From NCBI GenBank assembly GCA_963798985.1, contig CAWCVL010000008.1:30442-94441 (forward strand): a DNA stretch of 64,000 bases, given 5' to 3'. Origin of the DNA: an uncultured Actinomycetes bacterium. GTDB lineage: Bacteria > Actinomycetota > Thermoleophilia > Gaiellales > Gaiellaceae. Positions 48,192 to 57,037 of the stretch are shown one piece after another. The stretch's first letter is position 1; each line of letters begins with the position of its first letter. The notes below the pieces were generated by a model. It made no database searches and was not told the DNA's origin. It was given only the letters and a program-made list of their open reading frames with translations. The translations under genes were made by a program, and so were the position numbers.

Positions 48192-48935
48192 TTGCGCGTC
48201 GCCGCGCTCTACGACATCCACGGGATGCTCGTCCCGCTGGAGGCGGTGCTCGACGAGGTCGCGGAGACGGACGCGATCGTCGTCGGCGGAGACGTCGCGA
48301 GCGGGCCTCAGCCGGCCGAGACGCTCGAGCTGCTGCGTGCACTCGGGGACCGCGTTCACTGGGTACGAGGGAACGGCGACCGCGAGCTCGCGTCGGGCGG
48401 GGCCGATGACTACGAACCATCGATTCAGGCGACGATTCGCTGGACGGCGGAGCAACTCTCCGACGAGCAGCGCGGGTTCCTCGGCTCGCTCCCGGAGACG
48501 GTCGTCCTGGAAGTGGACGGGCTCGGCGACGTGTGCTTCTGTCACGCGACTCCGCGGAGCGACGAGGAGATCGTCACGCAGGCGACGCCGGACCGGCACC
48601 TGCGCAAGGTTCTCGCCCGCGCGAGCGAGTCGACCGTCGTCGCCGGCCACACGCACATGCAGCTCGACCGGCGCGTCGACGGCTTCCGCTGGGTGAACGC
48701 CGGTTCTGTCGGGATGCCGTACGAGGGAGAGGTGGCCGCGTTCTGGGCGCTGCTCGGGCCGGACGTCGAGCTTCGACAGACGCCGTTCGACGTCGAACGC
48801 AGCGTCGACGCGGTTCTCGAGTCCGGCTGGCCGGACGCAGAAAGCTTCGCCGAGAAGAACCTGCGAACGGCGATGCTCCGCGAAGACGTCGTGCCGGTCT
48901 TCGAAGGGTTCGCGATCGACCGCGGCGAGCGATGA
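48192..48935 (+). CDS. metallophosphoesterase family protein
   Basis: 247 aa. YDIHG, GGD, GNGD, CHATP and GHTH motifs. Confidence 0.8.
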   Translation: MRVAALYDIHGMLVPLEAVLDEVAETDAIVVGGDVASGPQPAETLELLRALGDRVHWVRGNGDRELASGGADDYEPSIQATIRWTAEQLSDEQRGFLGSLPETVVLEVDGLGDVCFCHATPRSDEEIVTQATPDRHLRKVLARASESTVVAGHTHMQLDRRVDGFRWVNAGSVGMPYEGEVAAFWALLGPDVELRQTPFDVERSVDAVLESGWPDAESFAEKNLRTAMLREDVVPVFEGFAIDRGER

Positions 48936-49396
48936 GCGAGCACGTCGTCGTCGGTCGGGTCGGAAAGCCGCACGGGATCGGCGGCGCGTTCGTCGTCGAG
49001 CACCCGAGCGACGACGCAGCGCGCTTCGCCGTCGGCGCGGAGCTCGTCGCGGGCGACGCGCCGGCGCGCGTCGAAGAGTCGAAACGCTCGGGCGGCCGGC
49101 TCGTCGTGAGACTCGACCGTCCCGTCGAGCGGGGGACCGAGCTTCGCGTGCCGGCGTCGTCGCTGCCGCCTCCCGAGCCGGACTCGTTCTACGTCTTCCA
49201 GCTCGTCGGGCTCGAGGTCGTCGAGGAGGGAGGGCGGGTGCTCGGGAAGGTCAAGGACGTCGCGAACTACGCCGCGAACGACGTGCTCGAGCTCGACTCG
49301 GGCACGCTCCTGCCGCTCGTCGAGGCCTGCGTCCGGGAAATCGACCTGGAGGGCCGGCGGATCCTTGTCTCGCGGGGCTTTGCCGACCCTGAGTAA
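48932..49396 (+). CDS. rimM: ribosome maturation factor RimM
   Basis: VVVGRVGKPHGIGGAFVV plus a PRC-barrel C-terminus. Start is ATG 48932 (ATGA overlap with the previous stop). Confidence 0.9.
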   Translation: MSEHVVVGRVGKPHGIGGAFVVEHPSDDAARFAVGAELVAGDAPARVEESKRSGGRLVVRLDRPVERGTELRVPASSLPPPEPDSFYVFQLVGLEVVEEGGRVLGKVKDVANYAANDVLELDSGTLLPLVEACVREIDLEGRRILVSRGFADPE

Positions 49397-49407
49397 CCTC
49401 ACGGCCC

Positions 49408-50070
49408 GTGCAGATCGACGTCTTCACGCTCGTCCCGCATGCCTATGCCTGGATGACGGAACAGCGGCCGCTCGCCTCGGTGCTCGGTGACGGGCTCGAG
49501 CTGCGGCTCTTCAACTACCGCGACACGTCGCCGCTCAGCGCGCGTCAGGTCGACGACGAGCCGTACGGCGGCGGCGCCGGCATGGTGCTTCGCGTCGACG
49601 TCGTCGCTGCTGCGTTGGACGCCGTCTACGGCGGGGCACCGGAGCACCGGGTGGTCGCGATGACGCCGGGCGGGAGGCAGCTGACGCAGGAGGTGGTCGA
49701 GGAGCTCGCCGGAGAGGAGCGGCTGACGATCCTGTCCGCCCGCTTCGAGGGGTTCGACGAGCGCATCGTCGCGAACCTCGCGTCGGACGCGATCTCGATC
49801 GGCCCGTACGTGCTCTCGAACGGCGACTTGCCGGCGATGGTGCTCGTCGACGCCGTCGTCCGGTTGCTGCCGGGGGCTCTCGGGAGCGCCGAGTCGAACG
49901 TGCACGAGAGCTTCTCTGCGGAGCTCGAGCGCGGGGTCGAGTACCCGCACTACACGCGACCTGCGGAGTTCCGCGGCTGGGCGGTGCCCGACGTGCTGCT
50001 GTCCGGCGATCACCGGCGGGTCGACGAGTGGCGGCTCGAGCAGAGCCGGCTCCGGAGTCTCAGCAGGTGA
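49408..50070 (+). CDS. trmD: tRNA (guanine37-N1)-methyltransferase
   Basis: 220 aa. DDEPYGGGAGMV, ARFEGFDER and LLSGDHRRVDEWR. Confidence 0.95.
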   Translation: MQIDVFTLVPHAYAWMTEQRPLASVLGDGLELRLFNYRDTSPLSARQVDDEPYGGGAGMVLRVDVVAAALDAVYGGAPEHRVVAMTPGGRQLTQEVVEELAGEERLTILSARFEGFDERIVANLASDAISIGPYVLSNGDLPAMVLVDAVVRLLPGALGSAESNVHESFSAELERGVEYPHYTRPAEFRGWAVPDVLLSGDHRRVDEWRLEQSRLRSLSR

Positions 50071-50663
50071 GGAACCCGATCGAGCGGCTGGGGTTGCCGC
50101 ACGGGTGGACGGTCGCGCTCGACTGGTTCGTCACGATCGTCGGCGCGGTCGCGATCGTGCTCGCGATCAAGGCCTGGGTGGTGAACCCGTACCGGATCCC
50201 GACCTCGTCGATGGAGCCGCGGCTGCACTGCGCCGCGCCGGGGCCGGGCTGCCTCGCCCGCTTCTCCGACCGCGTGCTCGCGAACCGCTTCATCTACCAC
50301 TTCCAGGATCCCGAGCGGGGCGACATCGTGGTCTTCAACACGCCGCCACGCGCGGCGCAGCAGTGCCCGCCCGCGGGCACGTTCGTCAAGCGGATCGTCG
50401 CCCTCCCCGGAGAGACGTGGGAGCAGCGCGACGGCATCGTGTACATCAACGGGAGGAGGCTGATCGAGCCGTACATCCCGCAGGGCCGGCGCGACTTCGA
50501 GACGTACGAGCCGCAGAAGATCCCCGCGAACGCCTACTTCGTGATGGGCGACAACCGCACCCAGTCGTGCGACTCCCGGCGCTGGGGGACGGTTCCACGC
50601 GACAATCTGATCGGCCAGGTCTTCGCGACCTACTGGCCGCCGAACCGGATTTCCTTCCGCTAA
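50067..50663 (+). CDS. lepB: signal peptidase I
   Basis: TM anchor, catalytic IPTSSMEP, VKRIVALPGE and GDNRTQSCDSR. Start is GTG 50067 (GTGA overlap with the trmD stop). Confidence 0.85.
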   Translation: MRNPIERLGLPHGWTVALDWFVTIVGAVAIVLAIKAWVVNPYRIPTSSMEPRLHCAAPGPGCLARFSDRVLANRFIYHFQDPERGDIVVFNTPPRAAQQCPPAGTFVKRIVALPGETWEQRDGIVYINGRRLIEPYIPQGRRDFETYEPQKIPANAYFVMGDNRTQSCDSRRWGTVPRDNLIGQVFATYWPPNRISFR

Positions 50664-50699
50664 CATCCCGCTTCGGCCTTTCCACGGCCTCCTTTTCTT

Positions 50700-51218
50700 A
50701 TGAGCAACGTGATCGATTCCATCGAGCGCGCCCAGTTGCGGAGCGGGATCCCGCGGTTCAAGGCGGGCGACACCGTGCGGGTCCACTTCCAGGTGATCGA
50801 GGGCCAGCGCCGGCGTGTCCAGGTGTTCGAGGGGATCGTGCTCAAACGCCAGGGCGCCGGGGTGCGCGAGACGTTCACCGTGCGCAAGCAGTCGTTCGGC
50901 GTCGGCGTCGAGCGGACGTTCCCGGTCCACTCGCCGAAGATCGAGCGGCTCGAGGTGATGGCGATCGGCGACGTGCGGCGCGCGAAGCTCTACTACCTGC
51001 GCGGGCGCGTGGGCAAGAAGGCGCGCGTGCGCGAGAAGCAGCAGCAGCGAGGCGGGGTCGTGGAGATCGAGACGCCGCTGACCGTCGTCGAGCCGGACGA
51101 GCTCGAGGCGGAGGCTGAGCCGACCGCCGCCGAGGCAGAGGCAGAGCCGGTCGAGGTCGTGGCCGAGGGTGAGGACGCCGCAGAGGGCGAGCCCGAGCCC
51201 GCCAAGGCCGAGGCGTAA
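50700..51218 (+). CDS. rplS: 50S ribosomal protein L19 with an approximately 55-aa acidic C-terminal extension
   Basis: [29 protein letters not shown]...RRAKLYYLR core, followed by [51 protein letters not shown]. Confidence 0.95.
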   Translation: MSNVIDSIERAQLRSGIPRFKAGDTVRVHFQVIEGQRRRVQVFEGIVLKRQGAGVRETFTVRKQSFGVGVERTFPVHSPKIERLEVMAIGDVRRAKLYYLRGRVGKKARVREKQQQRGGVVEIETPLTVVEPDELEAEAEPTAAEAEAEPVEVVAEGEDAAEGEPEPAKAEA

Positions 51219-51270
51219 GACCTTTTCCACAGGAGGTCGCTCCGGCTGAGGCCGGGGCTATCCTCGGCGC

Positions 51271-51936
51271 GTGCCTCCGAGCAGCGGCCAGCGCCTCCTT
51301 CGCTTCGACCGACGACTCGGCGCGCGCTTCGTGGCGGGTGTCGACGAGGCCGGCCGGGGCTCCCTGGCGGGGCCGCTCGTCGTCGCAGGTGTGTTGCTCG
51401 ACTACGAGTGCCTGCGAGACCATCGCGTTCGCCCGCTCGCGCTCCTGAACGACTCGAAGCAGCTGAGCCAGGGGGAGCGGCACGAGCTCTTCCGTGCGGT
51501 CGTCGGGTGCGCCGCGAAGATCGCCGTGCGGATGTACTCGGCGCGCGAGATCGACCGCAACGGGCTGCACCGCTCGAACCTGGCCGGCATGCGCTCGTGC
51601 CTCGCTGCGCTCGCGCCGCCTGAGGACGTGGTCTGCCTGGTCGACGGCTTCCGCCTCGGTCCGACTGCTCCGCCGCACCGCGCGATCGTCGACGGCGACA
51701 CGAAGAGCGCCGCGATCGCTGCCTCGTCGATCATCGCGAAGGTCGTGCGCGACCGAGCGATGCGCCGCATGGACGCCGTGTTCCCGCACTACGGGTTTTC
51801 CTCGCACGTCGGCTACATCACGCCGAACCACTCTGCGGCTGTTCGCGCGCGCGGGCCGTCGCACATCCACCGGCGCTCGTTCCAGGCGCTCTGCTACGCC
51901 GACCTTGCCGAGACGGGGGTCGGGGCAACAGGCTGA
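51271..51936 (+). CDS. rnhB: ribonuclease HII
   Basis: 221 aa. VAGVDEAGRGSLAGPLV, DSKQLS and ASIIAK. Confidence 0.9.
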   Translation: MPPSSGQRLLRFDRRLGARFVAGVDEAGRGSLAGPLVVAGVLLDYECLRDHRVRPLALLNDSKQLSQGERHELFRAVVGCAAKIAVRMYSAREIDRNGLHRSNLAGMRSCLAALAPPEDVVCLVDGFRLGPTAPPHRAIVDGDTKSAAIAASSIIAKVVRDRAMRRMDAVFPHYGFSSHVGYITPNHSAAVRARGPSHIHRRSFQALCYADLAETGVGATG

Positions 51937-52252
51937 GCGCCGCGCGGTCCGGCACTACCGGCTCCGCGGCTACCGCATCCTCGGCGTCAACGTCTGGAGC
52001 GCGGGCTACGAGCTCGACCTGATCGCCCGACGCGGGCGGCGGCTTGTGTTCTGCGAGGTGAAGTCGAAGTCGGGACCGCGGTTCGGCAGCGCGCTCGAGA
52101 TGGTCGACCGCGAGAAGCAGCGCCGGCTCTTCCGCGCCGCCGAAGCCTGGCTCGTCCGGAACCCAGCCCTTCGTGAGCTCCGGATCTCGTTCGACGTCGT
52201 CGCGGTGGACGAGGGCCACCTTCGTCGGCTCCCCCTAGGAGATCCACTCTGA
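51905..52252 (+). CDS. yraN: YraN family (UPF0102) predicted endonuclease
   Basis: GQQAERRAVRHYRLRGYRILGVNVWSAGYELDLIARRGRRLVFCEVKS. Probable TTG 51905 start overlapping the end of rnhB. Confidence 0.75.
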   Translation: MPRRGSGQQAERRAVRHYRLRGYRILGVNVWSAGYELDLIARRGRRLVFCEVKSKSGPRFGSALEMVDREKQRRLFRAAEAWLVRNPALRELRISFDVVAVDEGHLRRLPLGDPL

Positions 52253-52264
52253 GCCGCGAAGTCC

Positions 52265-53401
52265 GTGCCCGGCGTGGCACAGACGCAGGCAGCCCTCTAC
52301 GACGGCATCGACCTCGAGCTCTCGTGGTCCGAGCGAGACCTGCCCGAGCGCGAGCGCACGAAGCACGTCAACCGGCTGCACCCATACCTCGGCAAGTTCA
52401 TCCCACAGCTCGTCGAGACGCTCCTGCAGCGCTATGTCCCACGCGGCGGGCGCGTGCTCGACCCGTTCGCAGGCTCGGGGACGACGCTCGTGCAGGCCCT
52501 CGAGAGCGGCCACGACGCGACCGGCGTCGACATCGCAGCGTTCAACGCGCTGCTGATGCGGGTCAAGACCGAGCGCTACAACCTCTTCACGCTCGAGCAC
52601 GAGCTCCGCGACGCCTGCGCGCGCCTCGACGCGCTCGAGCCGAAGCGGACGGTTCGCGGGACGCCTGCCGTACGTCCGGCGATGGTTCGCGCCGGAGGCT
52701 GCCGCCCAGCTACTCGGTTTTCGTTCGTGGATCCCGGACTACGAGCACGCGGACGTCCTCAGGGTCGTGCTGGCGCGCGCAGCGCGCTCGGCGCGGCTGA
52801 CGACGCACTTCGACCTCGACTTCCCGCGCGCGCCTCAGACCGAGCCGTACTGGTGCCACAAGCACAAGCGCGAGTGCCGGCCCGTGCAGCGGGCAGACCA
52901 CTTCCTGCGCCGCTACGCGCTCGACACGCTGGCACGCGTCCACGCCTTTGCCCGGGTCCGCGCGCGCGGGCGGACCGCGAGCGTGCTGCACGGCGACGCG
53001 CGAGAGCTCGACCTCGGCGGCCCGTACGCCGGCGTGATCACGTCGCCGCCCTACCCGGGCCTGATCGACTACCACGAGCAGCACCGCTACGCGTACGAGC
53101 TGCTCGGGCTCGAAGACCGGGGGACATTCGAGCTCGGGCCGGGGCGCGACGAAGCGCGCGATCGCGGAGTACATCGGAAGGCGTCGCTCGCGTGCTCGAG
53201 CGCTCGGCGGAGACGCTGCGCCGCGGCGCGCGCGTGGTCGTGGTCGTGAACGACCGGCGCGATCTCTACCCGGAGATCTTCGAACGTGCTGGGTTGCGTC
53301 TCGAACATCGCGTTCGTCGTCACGTAAACCGACGCACCGGACGGCGAGCGGGCGAATACTTCGAAGACGTGCTGGTCGCGCGCAAGTCGGCGCGAAGTTG
53401 A
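52265..53401 (+). pseudogene. amino-group (N6-adenine or N4-cytosine) DNA methyltransferase, three compensating frameshifts in this sequence
   Basis: Motif I VLDPFAGSGTT is in frame 2. YVRRWFAPEAAAQLL...ITSPPYPGLIDY (motif IV SPPY) is in frame 0 after an extra G at about 52659. TKRAIAEYI is in frame 1 (extra G at about 53142). EGVARVLERSAETLRRGARVVVVVND is back in frame 2 (extra G at about 53177). Confidence 0.7.
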
Positions 53402-53448
53402 CACACCGCTGACACAAAGCGGCGCGGGCGGCCGCCTAACGTGGCGAC

Positions 53449-54906
53449 GTGCTCGCGCGCGCAGTCACGCACGCTCTCGTCGGCCTCGAGGCTCGTCGCG
53501 TCGAGGTCGAGGCCCACCTCCAGGGTTCGCTGCCCGCGTTCACGATCGTCGGGCTCGCCGACCGCGCGTGCCAGGAAGCGAAGGAGCGCGTGCGCAGCGG
53601 GGTTCGCTCTGCCGAGTGCCAGTGGCCGGAGGGAAGGATCACCGTCAACCTCGCGCCTGCCGCGCTGCGCAAGGAGGGCTCCGGCTTCGACCTGCCGATC
53701 GCGCTCGCTGTGCTCGCGGCGTCGGGTCAGATCCCACGCGCCGAGCTCGAGCGCCACGCCGTCCACGGCGAGCTCGCCCTCGACGGGCGTGTCCGGCCCG
53801 TAGCCGGCGTCTTCGCCGTCGCCGAGGGCGCGAAGCGGGAGAGGCTGCCCCGGATCATCTGCGCCGCGCAGACGGCGCCAGAGGCCGCGCTCGCGGGGAT
53901 CGAGCCGGTCCCGGTCTGGCACCTGGCGGAGGCGGTCGCCTACCTCCGCGGCGAGCTCGAGCCCGAGCCCATCCCGCCTCGGAACGGCTTCGCACCCGTG
54001 GCCGGCCCTGATCTCGCGGACGTCCACGGCCAGGAACGGGCGCGCCGCGCGCTCGAGATCGCGGCTGCCGGACGGCACAACCTCCTCCTGGGCGGCCCGC
54101 CCGGCACCGGGAAGACGATGCTCGCGCGCCGGCTGCCCGGGCTTCTGCCGCAGCTGGACGAATCCGCGTCGCTCGAGGTGACGAGGATCCACTCCGTCGC
54201 CGGAATCCTTCGCGTCGAGCATCCGCTCGTCACGACCCCGCCCTTTCGCGCGCCGCACCACACGGCGTCCGCGGCGGCGATCGTCGGCGGTGGACGGGGG
54301 CCTCGCCCTGGAGAGGCGAGCCTCGCGCATCACGGGGTGCTGCTGCTCGACGAGCTGCCCGAGTTCGTCCGACCTGCGCTCGAGGCGCTGCGACAGCCGC
54401 TCGAGGACGGCGTGATCAGCGTCGCCCGCGCGGAGGGGACAGCGCTCTACCCGGCGTCGTTCCAGCTCGTCGGGACGATGAACCTCTGTCCCTGCGGCGC
54501 GCGTGGAGATCCGGCGGTCGCGTGCACGTGCTCCTCGCAGCGGCTCGCGGCGTACGGCAACAAGCTCTCGCGCGCGCTGCTCGATCGGTTCGACCTCGTC
54601 GTCGTGGTCCCGCGGCCGCGCGCGGTCGAGCTCGCGGCAGGCAAGGGCGAGGCGTCAGCGGCGGTGCGCGAACGCGTCGCAGCGGCGCGCTCGCGGCTCG
54701 CGGAGCATGCGCCGACCAGAGACGCGAAGGCCGACGCGCTGCTCACGCGCGCCGTCGAGCAGCTGCCGCTCTCCGGACGCGGCCGTGCGCGTGTCGCACG
54801 CGTCGCGGCGACCATCGCCGCGCTCGCCGGAGCCGACGCCGTCGAGTCCGCGCACGTCGCGGAGGCGCTCTCGTACCGCGCGCCGAAGGAGCTGAAGGGC
54901 CAGTGA
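53449..54906 (+). CDS. comM: YifB/ComM family Mg-chelatase-like AAA+ ATPase
   Basis: 485 aa. N-terminal Lon-protease-like domain, GPPGTGKTMLA, VLLLDELPEF and a zinc-like CPCG...C.C motif. Confidence 0.9.
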   Translation: MLARAVTHALVGLEARRVEVEAHLQGSLPAFTIVGLADRACQEAKERVRSGVRSAECQWPEGRITVNLAPAALRKEGSGFDLPIALAVLAASGQIPRAELERHAVHGELALDGRVRPVAGVFAVAEGAKRERLPRIICAAQTAPEAALAGIEPVPVWHLAEAVAYLRGELEPEPIPPRNGFAPVAGPDLADVHGQERARRALEIAAAGRHNLLLGGPPGTGKTMLARRLPGLLPQLDESASLEVTRIHSVAGILRVEHPLVTTPPFRAPHHTASAAAIVGGGRGPRPGEASLAHHGVLLLDELPEFVRPALEALRQPLEDGVISVARAEGTALYPASFQLVGTMNLCPCGARGDPAVACTCSSQRLAAYGNKLSRALLDRFDLVVVVPRPRAVELAAGKGEASAAVRERVAAARSRLAEHAPTRDAKADALLTRAVEQLPLSGRGRARVARVAATIAALAGADAVESAHVAEALSYRAPKELKGQ

Positions 54907-55887
54907 GCGAGCTCGCCCTCGCGGCTTTCGCCGCGGAGCGTGGGATCCACCCGCGTACCGAGGCACGAACGGCTCGCTTTGCCGCCTTCTCGAAGCGGTT
55001 CGACGCGCGCGCGTACCTCGAGGCGCTCGAACGGCAGGGGCTCCGGTGGCTCGGCCGGTCCGATCGCGCGTTTCCGCCGCTACTGCGAGCGATCAACGAC
55101 TCGCCGTCGGGACTCTTTCTTCGCGGCGACGCCTACGCCGGAGCTCCTGGCGAGGCCCGCGGTCGCGATCGTCGGCGCGCGTGCCTGCTCGGGCTACGGC
55201 GCGCAGGTCGCGCGGATGCTCGGGCGCGAGCTCGCGGCGGCCGGGCTCGTGGTGGTCAGCGGTCTCGCGCGCGGCGTCGACGGCGAAGCGCACCGCGGCG
55301 CGCTCGAAGCGGCGGGCGCAACGGTCGCCGTGCTCGGCTGCGGGGTCGACCGCGACTACCCCGCGGCGCACGCGGAGCTGGCGGGACGCATCGCTTCGAC
55401 CGGGCTCGTCGTGTCCGAGTACGCGCCTCGGGTCGAGCCCGCGCCGTGGCGCTTCCCCGCCCGGAATCGAATCGTCGCCGGGCTCGCGCAGGCCACGGTG
55501 GTCGTCGAGGCTCGGGAGCGAAGCGGTGCACTGATCACCGCGGACTTCGCGCTCGAAGAAGGACGCGAGGTCTACGCCTGTCCCGGCGAGATCACGTCCG
55601 CGTTGAGCGCGGGGACGAACGCGTTGCTTCGCCTTGGAGCCACGCCCCTGACCTCGTCTGCCGACGTGCTCGAGCTGTTCGGCCTCGAGGCGACCGTGGA
55701 AGCCGCGGTCGATCTCGGCGAGCCCGCCCGAGCGATCCTCGAGCGGCTCGAAGGTCCGACGAGCGCCGACGAGCTCGTCCGGGCTTCGGGGCTGGACGCA
55801 GGCGTGGCGGCGGCGGCGCTCTCCGAGCTGGAGCTCGCCGGCCTGGTGTCGACCAGCGACGGCGTGTACCGACGGACCGGGCGGTGA
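54903..55887 (+). pseudogene. dprA: DNA-processing protein DprA, frameshifted in this sequence
   Basis: The N-terminus ...YLEALERQGLRWLGRSDRAFPPLLRAINDSPSGLFLRGDA is in frame 0. TPELLARPAVAIVGARACSGYG...VVSGLARGVDGEAH...FPARNRIVAGL is in frame 1 after an extra base at about 55133. GTGA overlap with the comM stop. Confidence 0.9.
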
Positions 55888-55900
55888 CTACGATCGCCTC

Positions 55901-57037
55901 ATGGCGTCGTACTGGCTCGAGGAGCGGGGGGAGCCGCTGCCGAGGACCGCCCTCGCGGGGGCGCCCGAAGTCGAGATCATCGGCGGCGGCGTCACCGGCT
56001 GCTCGTGTGCGCTCGCGCTCGCGGAAGCGGGGGTCCGCGTGCGGCTGCACGAGGCGCGCGAGATCGCCGGCGGTGCGAGCGGTCGCAACGGCGGCTTCGC
56101 GCTCCGCGGTGGCGCGATGGCGTACGACGCCGCTCAGAAGCAGCTCGGTCACGACTCGGCGCGGGCGTACTGGCAACTGACAGAGCAGGCGCAGGGACGG
56201 CTCGCCGCCCTCGCGGGCGACGCGTTCCGCGCGCTCGGCAGCCTTCGGCTCGCGGTCGACGACGCGGAGCGGTCGGCGCTGCGCGCGGAGTACGAGGCGC
56301 TCGTCGAGGACGGGTTCGCGGCCGAGTGGCTCGACGCGCCCGCGCTCGCCCCGCCGCTGCGAGGCCGGTTCGCCGCGGCGCTCTTGCACCCGGGCGACGG
56401 GGCGATCCAGCCTGCGCGCTGGGTCCGCAGCCTGGCCCGGCGCGCGTCGGAGGCCGGAGCCGAGCTGCGCGAGAACAGCCGTGTGGGCTCGCTGGACGAG
56501 CTCGAGGCGGAGCGCGTGGTCGTCGCGACCGACGGGCTCGGCCACGGGCTCGTGCCCGAGCTCGACGCCCGCGTGCGAGCGACCAGAGGCCAGGTGCTGG
56601 TCACCGAGTCGCTGCCGAAGCTGATGTTCGAGCGGCCGCACTACGCGCGCCACGGGCTCGACTACTGGCACCAGACGCGTGACCGGCGCCTCGTGATCGG
56701 CGGGTCGCGCGACGCCGGGGGCGATCGCGAGTGGACCGACGAGGAGACCGTGACCGATGCCGTCCAGTCGGGGATCGAGGCGCTCGCACTCGAGCTGCTC
56801 GGGCGACCTCCGCGCGTCACGCACCGCTGGGCCGGGATCTGGGGCACCACCGAGGACCTGCTCCCGCTCGTGGGTCAGGTCCCAGGGAACGAACGCGTCT
56901 GGGTGGCCGCGGGATACTCGGGCCACGGGAACGTGCTCGGCTTCGCGTCTGGCGAGCTCGTCGCGCGGGCGCTCAGCGGCGACCGCGACCCGCTCCTGGA
57001 CGTGCTCGACCCGGCGCGCGCCGTCGTAGCGGCCTAG
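55901..57037 (+). CDS. FAD-dependent oxidoreductase (DAO family)
   Basis: 378 aa. VEIIGGGVTGCSCALALAEAG dinucleotide fold, ASGRNGG, and C-terminal AAGYSGHG. Confidence 0.8.
   Translation: MASYWLEERGEPLPRTALAGAPEVEIIGGGVTGCSCALALAEAGVRVRLHEAREIAGGASGRNGGFALRGGAMAYDAAQKQLGHDSARAYWQLTEQAQGRLAALAGDAFRALGSLRLAVDDAERSALRAEYEALVEDGFAAEWLDAPALAPPLRGRFAAALLHPGDGAIQPARWVRSLARRASEAGAELRENSRVGSLDELEAERVVVATDGLGHGLVPELDARVRATRGQVLVTESLPKLMFERPHYARHGLDYWHQTRDRRLVIGGSRDAGGDREWTDEETVTDAVQSGIEALALELLGRPPRVTHRWAGIWGTTEDLLPLVGQVPGNERVWVAAGYSGHGNVLGFASGELVARALSGDRDPLLDVLDPARAVVAA

Noticed and set aside
48192-48935. The metallophosphoesterase between the KH-domain gene and rimM as part of a novel ribosome-maturation system.
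   Set aside because: It is a single generic calcineurin-like phosphoesterase with standard motifs. Its insertion into the rpsP-KH-rimM-trmD string is mildly unusual, but there is no additional partner gene or unusual domain to support a system-level claim.
10108-55134. Programmed ribosomal frameshifting or transcriptional slippage as an explanation for the shifted frames.
   Set aside because: There are 26 sites in 16 unrelated genes, with no shared slippery heptamer or downstream structure. Both +1 and -1 directions occur, and several sites occur per gene, including inside catalytic or zinc motifs. This pattern fits random homopolymer indels, not recoding.
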